A stretch of 64,000 nt of DNA from Candidatus Limnocylindrus sp. (GCA_040397175.1 JBBAWM010000001.1:89976-153975), one strand, 5' to 3'; shown: positions 12,216-24,296, counted from the first letter of the stretch. The notes: generated by a model from the letters alone, not told the origin. Program-made: numbers and translations.

Positions 12216-12745
12216 GCGCCGCTGGCCGCGGCGCTGTCGCTAATGAAGAGGAAGTCGCGCCACGCGGAATAGGCGCTATGTCGTAGGTAGGGGAGGAAGA
12301 CGGCGTACACGTCGCAGCGTGGCTCATATGGCTTGCGCCTGAGCTGTAAGCCTGCGGCCTCGGGGAGGCGATCCCCCTTGCGGTGGTTGCACGCCATGCA
12401 GGCCGTGACGAGGTTCTCCCACGTCCAGGTGTCGCCGCCACGACTCTTCGGCACGATGTGATCGATCGTCAGGGAGACGCCGGTGCGGCCGCAGTACTGG
12501 CAGGCGTGACCGTCGCGCGCGAAGATCTCCTTGCGGCTCAACTTGGCGCGCGGACGTGGCCGGCGCACGCGGTGGCGGAGTCGCACCACAGAGGGGGCGG
12601 TCCAGCTGCGCGATGCGCTGCGGATCGGGTCACCCTCGGCGAGGATTTCGGCCTTACCTCCTAAGACAAGTCGGAAGGCGCGCGGCAGGGAGGCGACGTT
12701 GAGCGGTTCGTAGTCCTGATTCAGAACGAGGACCTCACTGTTCAT
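12212..12745 (-). CDS. HNH endonuclease (McrA-like, Zn-finger)
   Basis: VLVLNQDYEPL; RD..CQYCG..TIDHIVPKSRGG..WENLVTACMACNHRKG. Confidence 0.92.
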   Translation of the reverse strand: MNSEVLVLNQDYEPLNVASLPRAFRLVLGGKAEILAEGDPIRSASRSWTAPSVVRLRHRVRRPRPRAKLSRKEIFARDGHACQYCGRTGVSLTIDHIVPKSRGGDTWTWENLVTACMACNHRKGDRLPEAAGLQLRRKPYEPRCDVYAVFLPYLRHSAYSAWRDFLFISDSAAASGA

Positions 12746-12830
12746 ATGAGCGCGATCGTAGCAGGGGATCTGCGCTCAACGGGCGGCCGTTTACCCCACG
12801 GTGGGCGGGGCGGTGTGCGAGAATATGGGC

Positions 12831-13730
12831 ATGCCAGCACCAAAACGCGCCAAGACGTCAACCTGGGCCACGAAGAGCGGCCTCGCCCAAATGCTGAAGG
12901 GCGGGGTGATCATGGACGTCGTGAACCCGGCAGAGGCGAAGATCGCCCAGGAGGCCGGCGCCGTTGCCGTCATGGCACTGGAGCGCGTCCCCTCGGACAT
13001 TCGCCGCGACGGTGGTGTTGCCCGCATGAGCGACCCCGACATGATCAAGGGGATCCAAGCCGCCGTGTCGATTCCGGTCATGGCGAAGGCGCGCATCGGC
13101 CACGAGAGCGAGGCGCGCATCCTCGAGGCGCTTGACGTTGACTACATTGATGAGTCCGAAGTCCTCACCCCTGCCGACGATCGTTACCACCTCAACAAGC
13201 ACGACTTCAAGGTGCCATTCGTTTGTGGCTGCAAGGATCTTGGCGAAGCACTCCGACGCATCAACGAGGGCGCCGCAATGATGCGCACCAAGGGTGAGGC
13301 GGGGACTGGCAACATCGTTGAGGCGGTGCGCCACATTCGCACGGTCTCCGAGGAGATCGCCGCACTAAAGGGACAGAGCGAGAAGCGCCTGCGCGCCGCC
13401 GCCAAGGAGATGCGTGTCCCCTATGAGCTGGTGAAGCTCACCGTTAAGGCGGGCCGACTCCCTGTCGTCAACTTTGTCGCGGGCGGTATCGCCACCCCAG
13501 CCGACGCGGCGCTCTCCATGTGGCTTGGCGCTGATGGCGTCTTTGTCGGCTCCGGCATCTTCAAGGCGAAGAACCCGGCCAAGACCGCCGTCGCCATCGT
13601 GCAGGCAACAACGCACTGGAAGAACGCCGCCATCCTTGCCGAGGTTTCGGCAGGCCTTGGTGAGGCGATGAAGGGGATTGAGATGCGCACGATCCCCGAG
13701 GGCGAACGCCTCTCCAAGCGCGGCTGGTAG
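12831..13730 (+). CDS. pdxS: Pyridoxal 5'-phosphate synthase, synthase subunit
   Basis: [29 protein letters not shown] and RTKGEAGTG motifs. Confidence 0.98.
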   Translation: MPAPKRAKTSTWATKSGLAQMLKGGVIMDVVNPAEAKIAQEAGAVAVMALERVPSDIRRDGGVARMSDPDMIKGIQAAVSIPVMAKARIGHESEARILEALDVDYIDESEVLTPADDRYHLNKHDFKVPFVCGCKDLGEALRRINEGAAMMRTKGEAGTGNIVEAVRHIRTVSEEIAALKGQSEKRLRAAAKEMRVPYELVKLTVKAGRLPVVNFVAGGIATPADAALSMWLGADGVFVGSGIFKAKNPAKTAVAIVQATTHWKNAAILAEVSAGLGEAMKGIEMRTIPEGERLSKRGW

Positions 13731-13734
13731 CACC

Positions 13735-14349
13735 GTGGCGAAGCGCCACACCACGCCAGTCATTGGTGTGCTTGCAGTTCAGGGTGACTTTGCCGAACAC
13801 ATCCGCATGTTGGAAAGCCTCGGCGTTGAAGCGCGCGAGATTCGACTTCCAGGCGATCTCGACGGAGTAGATGGTCTCATCCTTCCCGGTGGTGAGAGCA
13901 CCGCGATGCGCAAGCTGTTGCATCGCTGGGAGCTCGTAAAACCAATTAAGGCGCTGGCGAAGCGCGGCGCGCCAATCTTGGGTACCTGTGCGGGGGCGAT
14001 CCTGCTTGCGACAAAGATTGCCGATGGCGATGAACCAGTCCTCTCGCTGCTCGACATTGAGGTGCGGCGCAATGCCTTCGGGCGGCAGCTCGAGTCATTC
14101 GAAACCAGCCTGACCATGGAGGGCTTCGGCAAGGAGGGGCGTTCGCGCACGATCCATGCCGTTTTCATTCGTGCCCCCGAGATCGTGAAGGTTGGTCCGT
14201 CGGCTCGCGCGGTTGCGACGCTCGATGATGGGCGCATCGTGGCGGCGCGCCAGGGGCGGATCCTTGGCATTGCCTTCCACCCCGAGATCACGGGCGAGAC
14301 GGGCGTGCACCGCTGGCTTGTTACCGAGGCGTTAGCGGCCGCGCTCTAG
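13735..14349 (+). CDS. pdxT: PLP synthase glutaminase subunit
   Basis: GVLAVQGDFAEH, PGGEST, GTCAG and FHPE motifs. Confidence 0.97.
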   Translation: MAKRHTTPVIGVLAVQGDFAEHIRMLESLGVEAREIRLPGDLDGVDGLILPGGESTAMRKLLHRWELVKPIKALAKRGAPILGTCAGAILLATKIADGDEPVLSLLDIEVRRNAFGRQLESFETSLTMEGFGKEGRSRTIHAVFIRAPEIVKVGPSARAVATLDDGRIVAARQGRILGIAFHPEITGETGVHRWLVTEALAAAL

Positions 14350-14405
14350 GAGCCAAAAGAGACGCACGACGCGACGGCACGCGAGCCGCACGCTAAGATT
14401 TGCCC

Positions 14406-16343
14406 ATGAGCATTGCTCGCGACCCCCACGAAGAACCAGCGCGTACCGCGATTCAAGACGAGGCGATTGTCGACAACCTCGACCTGCTCCTCGACTGTCT
14501 CCCTGGTGAGATCGTCGCGGCAATTCGTGAGTTGGCTACCCACGAAGATCTTGCCGCCGGCCGAGATGGCCTACTCGAAATCGTTCTCGACCTTGGTCGC
14601 CGACCAGAGGCACGCATCACCTCGGGCGATGTCACGCTACTGGAACGAGAGATCACCGAAGAAGACTTGAACTGGGTGATCTCGCGCATTGGAAGCTTTG
14701 GCGGTGATAATCGCGCCGGCATCGAGCGCACCCTCCATCGCATCTCCGCGATTCGTAATCGCTCCGATCGAGTCGTTGGCCTCACCTGCCGCGTTGGCCG
14801 CTCGGTCTTCGGCACGATTGAAATCCTCCGCGATCACATCGAGGCGGGCCGATCGATCCTGATCATGGGTCGCCCTGGTGTTGGCAAGACCACCATGCTC
14901 CGCGAGGCGGCCCGCGTCCTCGCCTCGGAGTTCAGCAAGCGCGTCGTGGTAGTCGACACCTCGAACGAGATTGCCGGTGACGGCGACATTCCACATCCGG
15001 CAATCGGCAAGGCCCGACGCATGCAGGTGAGCGCGCCAGAGCGACAGCACCTCGTGATGATCGAGGCTGTCGAGAACCACATGCCCGAGGTGATCGTGAT
15101 CGACGAGATCGGCACTGAGGCCGAGGCCATTGCCGCACGAACGATCGCCGAGCGCGGCGTGCAACTGATCGGAACCGCCCACGGCAACAGCCTCGATAAC
15201 CTGATGTTGAACCCAACGCTGACCGACCTGATCGGCGGCATTCAGACCGTCACCCTTGGTGACGACGAGGCGCGCCGTCGCCGCACGCAGAAGAGCGTGT
15301 TGGAGCGCAAGGCGCCACCAACCTTTGATGTGATCGTGGAAATCATCGATCGCGACCACATCTTGGTGCACGAGGATGTTGCAGGAACCGTTGATGCGCT
15401 GCTGCGCGGCGACGCGGTTGCCCCCGAAGAGCGCTGGCGTGATGAGGGTGGCGTGCGCCGCTCTCAGTCGCGCATCCGACCTGGACAAACAGCCCAAGGA
15501 GAGTCACGCCGATTTGGTGGGTTGACCCCTGGGGATGATCGACGCGGACGTCGGAGCGATCGTGGTGATCGCGGCGATGATGCCCGTGGCGGCTGGCGAC
15601 GGAACCGTGAACAGGCGCGGTACGTAGAGACCATTCCAGGTGGCACAGCGGCACCAGTGATTCGTGCATTTGAAGGCGATCAGGTGGGTGGTGGCAGTTG
15701 GCGACCTGAACGCGGTTGGAGCCACCAGTCGATGGCATCCACTATCGCCGACATGGATCACGAACCCATCGGTCGAACGATTGACGGCGCACTTGTTCCA
15801 GCGGAGTGGGATGAGGCGCCCAGCGCCGACGGTGATGATGAGCGAAGCGTCAGTCAGCTCCCTGAACTTCGCGTCTTGGCGCACGGCATCTCACGCAAAA
15901 AGCTTGAGGCGGCAATTCGCGAACTCGGGCTCCCTGCGACGACTGCGCGTACCGCCGATGAGGCTGATGCCGTTGTAACGATTCGCAACGAGTTCAAGCA
16001 GCGCGGCACGCCGATTGTGGACGCAGAGCGACGTGGCGTGCCGGTGCATGTGTTGAAGAGCAACGCCTCAGAACAGATGGAGCGCGCGCTGCTCGACATC
16101 TATCAGCTGCCACACGACCCCCGTGAGATTGCGATGCGCGAAGCGAAGGCGGGGATTGAAGAGGTGGGGCGCACCCAACATCCCGTCGAGCTTGCGCCGC
16201 AAAACGCCTACATCCGGCGGTTACAGCACCAACTCGCTGGCGATGCCGGTGTCACCAGTAGCTCGCGCGGACGTGACCCGCATCGACGGGTTCGACTTGA
16301 ACCCCAGGGTCGCTCCTCGGGCACCCCACGTCGTCGACGCTAA
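14406..16343 (+). CDS. Ycf45/SpoIIIAA-like AAA ATPase with C-terminal R3H domain
   Basis: [37 protein letters not shown]; R3H motif IRRLQH. Confidence 0.9.
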   Translation: MSIARDPHEEPARTAIQDEAIVDNLDLLLDCLPGEIVAAIRELATHEDLAAGRDGLLEIVLDLGRRPEARITSGDVTLLEREITEEDLNWVISRIGSFGGDNRAGIERTLHRISAIRNRSDRVVGLTCRVGRSVFGTIEILRDHIEAGRSILIMGRPGVGKTTMLREAARVLASEFSKRVVVVDTSNEIAGDGDIPHPAIGKARRMQVSAPERQHLVMIEAVENHMPEVIVIDEIGTEAEAIAARTIAERGVQLIGTAHGNSLDNLMLNPTLTDLIGGIQTVTLGDDEARRRRTQKSVLERKAPPTFDVIVEIIDRDHILVHEDVAGTVDALLRGDAVAPEERWRDEGGVRRSQSRIRPGQTAQGESRRFGGLTPGDDRRGRRSDRGDRGDDARGGWRRNREQARYVETIPGGTAAPVIRAFEGDQVGGGSWRPERGWSHQSMASTIADMDHEPIGRTIDGALVPAEWDEAPSADGDDERSVSQLPELRVLAHGISRKKLEAAIRELGLPATTARTADEADAVVTIRNEFKQRGTPIVDAERRGVPVHVLKSNASEQMERALLDIYQLPHDPREIAMREAKAGIEEVGRTQHPVELAPQNAYIRRLQHQLAGDAGVTSSSRGRDPHRRVRLEPQGRSSGTPRRRR

Positions 16344-16349
16344 GCCACG

Positions 16350-16970
16350 ATGTTCATCACCTTTGAGGGCCCAGATGGATCGGGGAAGTCTACCCAGATC
16401 GCCCTCCTGGCCGAGCGGCTTCGCGCCGCAGGTCGTGAAGTTCTGACCGTGCGCGAGCCCGGTGGCACACCGGCAGGCGAGCGTATCCGAGCGCTGCTCC
16501 TGGGCGAGGGTGGGAGCGTCGAGATCAACCCACGTGCCGATGCACTCCTGTTCAACGCATCCCGTTCGCAGTTGGTGGCGGAGGTAATTCGCCCCGCCCT
16601 GGCGCGTGGCGCCACCGTCATTGCCGACCGGTTCGCAGATTCCACGCTGGCCTACCAGGGCTACGGAAGCGGGCTCCCGCTCGACGAGCTGCGCGCGGCG
16701 ATCAGTTTTGCTACCGCAGGGCTGACCCCAGACCTCACCGTGCTTTTGGACCTGCCCGCCGAAGAGGGGCTCGCCCGCAAGTCGGGTGACGGCCGCACGC
16801 GCTTTGAAGAGGGGTTCGACGCCGCCTTTCATGTGCGCGTCGCCGACGGGTTCCGCGCACTTGCCGCCGCAGAGCCAGCACGCTGGCGCACCGTTGACGC
16901 ACGCCGCCCGAAGGGTGAGCTTGCGGATGAGATTGCCTCACTCGTTGGCCTCGCTACACTTCGCCAATGA
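16350..16970 (+). CDS. tmk: Thymidylate kinase
   Basis: FITFEGPDGSGKSTQ, REPGGT and DRFADSTLAYQG motifs. Confidence 0.97.
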   Translation: MFITFEGPDGSGKSTQIALLAERLRAAGREVLTVREPGGTPAGERIRALLLGEGGSVEINPRADALLFNASRSQLVAEVIRPALARGATVIADRFADSTLAYQGYGSGLPLDELRAAISFATAGLTPDLTVLLDLPAEEGLARKSGDGRTRFEEGFDAAFHVRVADGFRALAAAEPARWRTVDARRPKGELADEIASLVGLATLRQ

Positions 16971-18112
16971 ATGGCCCCTTCATCTCCAAGATCGACACCC
17001 TTCGACCGGCGTTCGGGTTTGACGACATCTCGCTCGCCCCTGGCACCGACACGATTGACCCTGCCGACGTTGACCTGACACAAGAGTTTTGTGGGATTCC
17101 GCTCACCGAGCCAATCATCGCGTCCGCAATGGATGCGGTCGTTTCGCCGAAAACGGCGGGGGTACTCCGTGGCCTCGGCTCACTGGCCTTCATCAACCTT
17201 GAAGGGCTCTGGTTCCGCTATGAAGATCCCGCCGCCCAATACGCTGCAATCATTTCTGCAGCCGCCGACACGGTGCAGGCCACCTTTGCCGATCTCTATG
17301 CCGCGCCGATTCGTCCAGAGCTGATCGCCCGCCGCATTGCGGAGATGCGTGCAGCCGGTGCACCCGTTGCAATCGCTGCGACACCGCAAGCGGTTGGCAA
17401 GTATGCCGACGCACTCATCGGTGCGGATGTTGACCTGCTGCTCATTCAAAGTCAGGTCTCATCTGCCCGACACATCGCGTCGGGATACGCGCCACTCGAA
17501 CTCTCTGCATTCGTGAAGCGCGCCGGGATGCCGGTGGCGATCGGCAACACCACGAACGCTGACGCCGCCTACGCCCTGATGGAGCAGGGGGCCGCCGCCG
17601 TCTTCGTTGGCGTTGGGCCAGGAAACGCCTGCACCACCCGAGAGGTGCTCGGCATTGGCGTGCCGCAAGTGACCGCCGTCAGCGATGTCGCCGCTGCCCG
17701 CGATGCCTACTTCGCTGCGACCGGTCGGTATGTCCCCGTGGTCGCCGATGGTGGCATTCGCAAGGGGGGTGAGATCGCAAAGGCGCTCGCCGTTGGTGCT
17801 GACGCGGTGATGATCGGTTCACCACTCGCCCGAGGCAGCGAGGCCCCTGGTGGTGGATTCAACTGGGGGATGGCGGCGCCGTCGCCAACGCTTCCTCGTG
17901 GCACGCGCATCAACGTTGGCACGGTTGGGAGCATGGAGCAGATCCTGCATGGCCCATCACGCGTGACCGACGGCAGTGAGAATCTTGCCGGCGCGGTACG
18001 TCAGTCTGCAGCCGCACTCGGCGTACAAAATGTGAAAGGCTTCCGCAACGTTGAGGTGATCTACGCGCCAGCGGCGGCAACCGAAGGGAAGAGCTGGCAG
18101 CGTGGGCGCTAG
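16967..18112 (+). CDS. guaB3: GuaB3-family IMP dehydrogenase-related protein
   Basis: [42 protein letters not shown] and [13 protein letters not shown] motifs. Confidence 0.9.
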   Translation: MNGPFISKIDTLRPAFGFDDISLAPGTDTIDPADVDLTQEFCGIPLTEPIIASAMDAVVSPKTAGVLRGLGSLAFINLEGLWFRYEDPAAQYAAIISAAADTVQATFADLYAAPIRPELIARRIAEMRAAGAPVAIAATPQAVGKYADALIGADVDLLLIQSQVSSARHIASGYAPLELSAFVKRAGMPVAIGNTTNADAAYALMEQGAAAVFVGVGPGNACTTREVLGIGVPQVTAVSDVAAARDAYFAATGRYVPVVADGGIRKGGEIAKALAVGADAVMIGSPLARGSEAPGGGFNWGMAAPSPTLPRGTRINVGTVGSMEQILHGPSRVTDGSENLAGAVRQSAAALGVQNVKGFRNVEVIYAPAAATEGKSWQRGR

Positions 18113-19682
18113 CGGCGTGGTGACCCCAACGCAGGGGGGCATTCTCGTTCTCGATTTCGGCAGCCAGTTTGCGCAGCTCATCGCGCGCCGCGTGCGCGAG
18201 CTGAACGTGCACTCAGAGCTGATCCCATTCGATACGCCGCTCAGCGACATCGTGGCGCGCAAGCCCGCGGGGATCATCTTGAGCGGGAGCCCGAGCTCGG
18301 TCTACGACGCCGACGGCCCAAAGCCAGACCCTGCCCTTTGGGAGAGTGGTTTGCCGATCCTAGGGATTTGCTACGGCGTACAGCTCATGGCACAACAGCT
18401 CGGTGGCGAGGTTGGACCCTCAGCACGACGCGAATACGGTCCTGCCGACATTCGAATCAGTGATCAGCCGAACCCACTGCTCGCCGGGATTGCGGGTGAC
18501 GGTGGGCTGACCCGCGTCTGGATGAGTCACGGCGACTCCATCACCAAGGCGCCCACTGGTTTCACCTCGATCGCCGACACCGACTCCACTCCGTTTGCCG
18601 CGCTGGCAGATGTCAGGCGAAATCTCTGGGGGATTCAGTTCCATCCCGAGGTGGTGCACACCCCTGGTGGTAAGCGGTTGCTGCGCAACTTTGTCTACGA
18701 CATTGCCAAGGCCCCAGCGAACTGGACATCAGGAAGAGTTGCTGAAGATGCCATCGCCGCTATCTCCGCACAGGTCGGCCCAACCGATCGAGTCCTCTGC
18801 GCCCTTTCAGGAGGGGTCGACTCCGCTGTTGCCGCCGCACTCATTCACCGCGCGATCGGGGATCGTCTCGTCTGCGTCTATGTGGATCACGGTCTGATGC
18901 GCAAGCGCGAATCTGATCTGCTCCGCGAAGTCTTCGCCAACACGCTCGGGATGACGATTCACATGGTTGATGCGGAGGACCGGTTCCTGGGTGCACTCAG
19001 TGGTGTGGAAGACCCAGAAGAGAAGCGCAAGATCATCGGCCGGGAGTTCATTCGCGTCTTCGAAGAGGAGTCTACGAAGCTCGGCGAATTTAAATTCCTG
19101 GCACAAGGAACACTCTACCCAGACGTGATTGAATCCACCTCCAAGGAGACGAAGGCCGCGCAGAAGATCAAGACCCACCACAATGTCGGCGGCCTCCCCG
19201 ACGACTTGAAGTTCGAGCTTGTTGAGCCGTTGCGAGCCCTCTTCAAGGACGAGGTGCGGGCGGTTGGGCTCGAGCTCGGCCTCCCTGAGTCCGTAGTCCT
19301 ACGCCAGCCGTTCCCGGGCCCAGGGCTCGCGATTCGCATCCTTGGTGACGTCACAAAGGAGCGACTCGACACGCTGCGTGAGGCCGATTGGATCGTGGTC
19401 GATGAGATCAAGAAGGCTGGACTCTATCGCAACATTTGGCAGTCATTCGCTGTGCTCACACCGATGCGCTCCGTTGGCGTAATGGGCGATGGGCGCACGT
19501 ACGGCAATGTGCTCGCACTGCGCGCCGTAACGAGCGAAGATGGGATGACCGCCGACTGGGCCCGACTCCCGTATGACCTCATTGAACGCATCTCGGCGCG
19601 CGTCGTGAATGAGGTGCCCGGTGTCACGCGTGTGGTGTACGACGTGACCTCAAAGCCACCCGCCACGATTGAGTGGGAGTGA
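18102..19682 (+). CDS. guaA: GMP synthase (glutamine-hydrolysing)
   Basis: [31 protein letters not shown] and KPPATIEWE motifs. Confidence 0.98.
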   Translation: MGASGVVTPTQGGILVLDFGSQFAQLIARRVRELNVHSELIPFDTPLSDIVARKPAGIILSGSPSSVYDADGPKPDPALWESGLPILGICYGVQLMAQQLGGEVGPSARREYGPADIRISDQPNPLLAGIAGDGGLTRVWMSHGDSITKAPTGFTSIADTDSTPFAALADVRRNLWGIQFHPEVVHTPGGKRLLRNFVYDIAKAPANWTSGRVAEDAIAAISAQVGPTDRVLCALSGGVDSAVAAALIHRAIGDRLVCVYVDHGLMRKRESDLLREVFANTLGMTIHMVDAEDRFLGALSGVEDPEEKRKIIGREFIRVFEEESTKLGEFKFLAQGTLYPDVIESTSKETKAAQKIKTHHNVGGLPDDLKFELVEPLRALFKDEVRAVGLELGLPESVVLRQPFPGPGLAIRILGDVTKERLDTLREADWIVVDEIKKAGLYRNIWQSFAVLTPMRSVGVMGDGRTYGNVLALRAVTSEDGMTADWARLPYDLIERISARVVNEVPGVTRVVYDVTSKPPATIEWE

Positions 19683-20155
19683 CGAGCAGCCCTGAGCGCC
19701 TCCCCTCGCCGGGGGCGAGCTACTTGAAGCAGAAACCACTCCTCCTTGAGGGCCGACCAGACGCCACCGTGCGCACGGGGATGAGTACGCCAACCACGAT
19801 GCCCGACAACTGGTGGGTTGGCCTGATGTGGGCGGAGGACGATGAGGGTGTCGTGAGTTGTCGCGAGGTTGCCCCAGTCGCGGGACCGCCACCAACGCCG
19901 CCACTCCAGCGAATCGGGGAGCTCATGACGAATGGACTCGGTGACCTCCTCGCCGTCGAGGAGGGGCGCTCCTGCCTGAAGCTGCGTCTCCTTGGCGATC
20001 TTGCGAACGTGAGCGAGCCCTGGCGCCGCCCGCTGGCACTCCAGGTGGCGGCCAAGTGGGATCCGATGCGAATCGCTACGATGACTGAGACGAAGGTTGC
20101 CGAGGCGGCACTCGACGCCTTCACTCGTGCGATCGAGGTCGCGCACCGACCCTGA
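19679..20155 (+). CDS. Hypothetical protein
   Basis: GTGA overlap with the guaA stop; fills the gap to the next gene; start uncertain. Confidence 0.6.
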   Translation: MTSSPERLPSPGASYLKQKPLLLEGRPDATVRTGMSTPTTMPDNWWVGLMWAEDDEGVVSCREVAPVAGPPPTPPLQRIGELMTNGLGDLLAVEEGRSCLKLRLLGDLANVSEPWRRPLALQVAAKWDPMRIATMTETKVAEAALDAFTRAIEVAHRP

Positions 20156-20182
20156 AGCACCGCAGCAGGAGGGGGTTCAATC

Positions 20183-23179
20183 ATGAGTGATCCGTTTAAG
20201 GATTTCCTTGAAGAGCTAGAGCGTCGCCGTGGTAGCGGAGCCCCTGACGCGACAAACGCTGACGCGACCGACTCTGACACGCCTCAAGAGGCTTCACCAT
20301 CGCGCACGCGTGCACGTCGCCCGGGCGGCGGTACGCCGCGCGGGCGACGACCGACGTTCAAATTCGGTTTCCGCACCCTCTTCCTGCCACTCCTCCTCGT
20401 GCTCGTCGTGGTTGGCGGGCCACTCGTTGGCCTGCTCACCGACGCCCGCTGGTTTGAATCACTCGGCGCCGGCGCCCTCTACTGGCAGCGGCTGCAACTT
20501 CAAGGGGGACTCTTTGTTGGCGGAACGCTCGCCGCATTGGCACTCTTGATGCTGAGCCTCGTTGTGGCGGGGCTCATCTCCCGCCGCCTCGGCGGTGCAT
20601 CGACAAGCGCTGGCACGCCAAGCGAGCCACGAACCCCGCTCATGGATGATCGTGGAAATTTGCGTCCCGAGGGGATCCTCGACTCCCTGCGCAGCATCTT
20701 TAGCAGCGATGTCGATGGTGCGGCGCGCAGTGCGGGTGCCACGATCGGCAACGGCGCCCTACGAATTGGTGCCGTGGTGATCGCACTCCTTATCGGCGCG
20801 CAGGTTGCCGCCAACTGGCAGCAAATTGCGCTTTGGCAGAACGCCGTGCCATATGTTGCCGACGGCACTGCCGTCGATCCAATCTTTGGACGCGACATCT
20901 CGTTCTATCTCTTTAGCCTCCCCGTCCTGCGCCTTGCGCAAGGCCTTGGCATCCTGCTGCTTGCTGGCGCAACGGCCCTTGCCGCGCTGCGCTACCTTCC
21001 AGCACTCGGCGCCCGAGGACTCGGTGGCGTGGGCACACTGCCGCGCCTCCACCTTGCGCTGCTCCTTGGTGGGCTCCTCTTGGTTACCGCATATGGGTAC
21101 CAGCTCGACAAGCTTGACCTGGTCTACTCACAGAACGGCGTTGCGACCGGTGTCTCGTACACCGATGCAACGGCGCGCATCCCCGGACTCGACGCGCTCA
21201 CCGTCATTGCGGCACTCGCCGCCGCCTTCTTGGTTGGCGCCGCGGTGACGCGCTCAACGTGGCCGCTGGTGCTCACCGTAACCTTCTGGGTCGGCGCCTC
21301 GGTGGTGCTCACCGGCATCTATCCAGAGTTCGTGCAGCGTTTCCAAGTCACGCCGAATGAGTACGCGCTCGAAGAGCCCTACGTTGCCAACAACATCCGC
21401 ATGACGAGGTTGGCGTTCGGCCTTGATGGCTGGGTCGAGCGCCAATACGACGGATCGGCGGATCTGACCACGGCGGCGATTGCCGACAACGCTTCATCGT
21501 TCGCCGATGCGCGCCTCTGGGACTACCGGCCGCTACAGGCAACCCTCGATCAGCTCCAAACCGTGCGCCAGTACTACAACTTCTCCGACGTCGATGTCGA
21601 TCGTTACGTGATTGATGGGAAGCAGCGCCTGGTCATGCTCTCTGCGCGTGAATTGAACCCCCAGCGTGCCCTTCAGTCGGCAACCTGGGTGAATCGTCGC
21701 ATTGCTTTCACGCATGGCATTGGGGTTGCCATGGTCCCGGTCGCTGGGGTGGCGAGCGGTGGACTTCCGCAACTGATCATTCGCGACATCCCACCTGTTT
21801 CGAGCGGTGGCGCCCCAGTGGTGAGCGAGCCGCGCATCTACTTCGGCGAACTTGATGATGATTGGGTGATCGTCGGCGCGAAGACAGAGGAGTTCGACTA
21901 TCCGGTCGGCGATGATGCCAGTGGATCGGGGAGCTCGGGCGACGCAACAACCAAGTGGAGCGGAACGACCGGGATTGCCCTCAATACCTTCTTCGATCGC
22001 CTCCTCTTCGCCGCGCGATTGGGCGACCTGAACCTCTTGATCAGCGATCAGATCACCGCCGACAGCCAGCTCCTTTGGCGCCGAACGATCAGCGAGCGCG
22101 TCACGGCCCTCGCCCCGTTTGTCACCTGGGACTCCGATCCGTATCTGGTGATCCGTGCTGACGGAGGCCTGAGCTACGTTGTCGACGGATACACAACGAG
22201 CGATCGATTCCCGAATGCCGACGCAGCAGAGGGGAGCAGGGTCAATTACCTGCGCAATAGCGTGAAGGCAACGGTTGACCTCTATACGGGCGACACCGCG
22301 CTCTACCTCGCTGATGCGAAGGATCCGATCGCGCTGGCGTGGTCGAAGGTTTTCCCAGGCCTGCTCCGCCCGCTCGAGACCATGCCGGCCGATCTTCGTT
22401 CGCACCTGCGCGTTGGGGCAAACGGTTTTGACGTCGCAACACGCATCTACGCGAAGTACCACGTGACCGACCCACAGACCTTCTACCGTCAGGACGACGT
22501 GTGGACGGTGCCTGAGTCGGCCGCCGGATCACAGTCGCTCCCAGGGGAGTCGTACTACGTGCGCGTTCGCCTTCCAGGTGAAACTGGCACGGAGTTCACC
22601 CTGATTCAGCCACTCGTCCCCACGAGTCGACCGAACATGATCGCCTGGATTGCCGCGCGCAACGATGGTGACGCCTACGGTCAAGTTGTGGCGTACCGCT
22701 TCCCGAAGGACACGTCGGTCTTCGGTCCAAGCCAGGTTGGTGCCCGCATCGATGCGGACCCCATCATCTCGGCACAGACCACGCTGTGGGATCAATCGGG
22801 CTCAACCGTCACGCGCGGAAACCTGATTGTGACGCCGATCGGCGGCACGGTCGTGTACCTGCAGCCGGTCTATCTGCAGTCAACGTCGAGCTCCTTCCCA
22901 GAGTTCCAGAAGATCGTCGCTGCAACCTCTACCAAGGTGGTGTGGGGGAACACGCTCTCCGAAGCACTCAACCTTCTTGTCGGCGGTGGCGTGATCGATC
23001 CGGGTGGTGGAACCAATCCAACCGACATTGCGGGACTCGTCTCAAAGGCTTCAACGCTCTTTGCTCAGGCACAGGCTGCACTGAAGGCGGGCGATTTTGC
23101 AACGTACGGTGTGCGCATCGGTGAGTTGCAGGCTGTACTGAAGGAGCTCTCGAAACTCACGGAGAACAGCACGCCGTAG
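20183..23179 (+). CDS. UPF0182 family membrane protein
   Basis: DPIFGRDISFYLFSLP, GVSYTD, RLWDYRPL, DVDRY, PRIYFGE and NYLRNSVK motifs. Confidence 0.95.
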   Translation: MSDPFKDFLEELERRRGSGAPDATNADATDSDTPQEASPSRTRARRPGGGTPRGRRPTFKFGFRTLFLPLLLVLVVVGGPLVGLLTDARWFESLGAGALYWQRLQLQGGLFVGGTLAALALLMLSLVVAGLISRRLGGASTSAGTPSEPRTPLMDDRGNLRPEGILDSLRSIFSSDVDGAARSAGATIGNGALRIGAVVIALLIGAQVAANWQQIALWQNAVPYVADGTAVDPIFGRDISFYLFSLPVLRLAQGLGILLLAGATALAALRYLPALGARGLGGVGTLPRLHLALLLGGLLLVTAYGYQLDKLDLVYSQNGVATGVSYTDATARIPGLDALTVIAALAAAFLVGAAVTRSTWPLVLTVTFWVGASVVLTGIYPEFVQRFQVTPNEYALEEPYVANNIRMTRLAFGLDGWVERQYDGSADLTTAAIADNASSFADARLWDYRPLQATLDQLQTVRQYYNFSDVDVDRYVIDGKQRLVMLSARELNPQRALQSATWVNRRIAFTHGIGVAMVPVAGVASGGLPQLIIRDIPPVSSGGAPVVSEPRIYFGELDDDWVIVGAKTEEFDYPVGDDASGSGSSGDATTKWSGTTGIALNTFFDRLLFAARLGDLNLLISDQITADSQLLWRRTISERVTALAPFVTWDSDPYLVIRADGGLSYVVDGYTTSDRFPNADAAEGSRVNYLRNSVKATVDLYTGDTALYLADAKDPIALAWSKVFPGLLRPLETMPADLRSHLRVGANGFDVATRIYAKYHVTDPQTFYRQDDVWTVPESAAGSQSLPGESYYVRVRLPGETGTEFTLIQPLVPTSRPNMIAWIAARNDGDAYGQVVAYRFPKDTSVFGPSQVGARIDADPIISAQTTLWDQSGSTVTRGNLIVTPIGGTVVYLQPVYLQSTSSSFPEFQKIVAATSTKVVWGNTLSEALNLLVGGGVIDPGGGTNPTDIAGLVSKASTLFAQAQAALKAGDFATYGVRIGELQAVLKELSKLTENSTP

Positions 23180-23189
23180 CGGTGCTCGA

Positions 23190-24161
23190 ATGAACATGGT
23201 GCCGCGTCCAGGCCTACTGCAACTTGCGGGTCGCGAGGCGCCCGCACTGTACGTGATCGGGCTCACCTTCACGGTGGTGGGACTGAGCGCACTAGTTGCT
23301 GGGATCGCTGGCGCGGGGGCTGGTGCGGTGATCCTTGCCCTGGTGCTTGCGGGCGTTGGTGGTATCGCCCTCTCGGGGGCTTCCGCGCTGCAACGGCGTG
23401 TCGATACACCCGCCGCAGGGTGGCGTGGGCCGGGTCCGTTGGCGATCTTCTGGACGACCATCCCCTGGGCACTTCTCGCGCAGCTCATCGTCAGTGCGCT
23501 GTTCACCGCAGTTGGTGTCGCAGCCGTCCTGCGGACGCCGTTCGGAACACTCGCCTTGGCCGCCGCATCGAACCTTGCGACAATGTTGATCATCGGCCTC
23601 GTCGTCGTTGGCAGCGGCGCCGTGCGCTGGCGAGATCTCATCCTCTCCACACCAGATGCGTCACCAAATACGCTGCCGCCACCCGATCGTCGCGGTGGCC
23701 TCCTCGGCGATCTCTTGTGGGGTGTTGCCCTTGCTCTTCCGATCTTGAGCGCCGCCGGACTCTTTGCGGCGCTCGTGATGAACGGTACTGGCGTCGGTGC
23801 CCCTGCGGTGCTCCCGCCAACCTCCACGATGACAGAGCTCGCTGCCAACGCCCTGACGGCCGGACTGATCGCGCCGATTGGTGAGGAGCTGCTCTATCGC
23901 GGCGTCATCGCACAGGCGTGGGCTCGGCAATCAACCGCACGCCGAGCGATCCTCTTCTCTGCAGTCGTCTTCGCCTTCGCGCATACGTTAACCGTCGGAG
24001 GCACGTCGGTTGCCGACGCGGTGAGCGTTGCCGCCGTCGCATTTCTCGTACGGCTCCCGCTCGGCATCGCCCTTGGCTGGCTTTGGGTTCGGCGCAGATC
24101 GTTGGTCGCGACCATCGCCCTCCATGCTGTGTACAACCTCGCCATCGTCGCGCTCTCGTAA
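23190..24161 (+). CDS. CPBP (Abi/CAAX) family intramembrane glutamic endopeptidase
   Basis: APIGEELLYRG, FAFAH and HAVYN motifs. Confidence 0.9.
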   Translation: MNMVPRPGLLQLAGREAPALYVIGLTFTVVGLSALVAGIAGAGAGAVILALVLAGVGGIALSGASALQRRVDTPAAGWRGPGPLAIFWTTIPWALLAQLIVSALFTAVGVAAVLRTPFGTLALAAASNLATMLIIGLVVVGSGAVRWRDLILSTPDASPNTLPPPDRRGGLLGDLLWGVALALPILSAAGLFAALVMNGTGVGAPAVLPPTSTMTELAANALTAGLIAPIGEELLYRGVIAQAWARQSTARRAILFSAVVFAFAHTLTVGGTSVADAVSVAAVAFLVRLPLGIALGWLWVRRRSLVATIALHAVYNLAIVALS

Positions 24162-24194
24162 CGCGACAAAACCAAACGCGCTAGGTACGCGGCG

Positions 24195-24296
24195 CGCGAG
24201 AAGATCACCGTGCCTTCGGTAGGGTGGCGGGAAAACGGCGGGCTCGCCACGCTGCCGGGGGTGCCAACTACGGCCGCTCGATCTACGTCGCGGAGG
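24195..24296 (+). promoter_or_regulatory. Long irregular hairpin in the radC 5' region ending at the SD
   Basis: GTGCCTTCGGTAGGGTGGCGGG pairs with CTCGCCACGCTGCCGGGGGTGC with many G-U pairs; outer AGATC/GATCT and CGCGA/TCGCG. Confidence 0.45.

Noticed and set aside
12212-12745. HNH nuclease as a mobile or defence element
   Set aside because: It is a stand-alone McrA-like type coupled to cca, with no methyltransferase, repeats or intron context.
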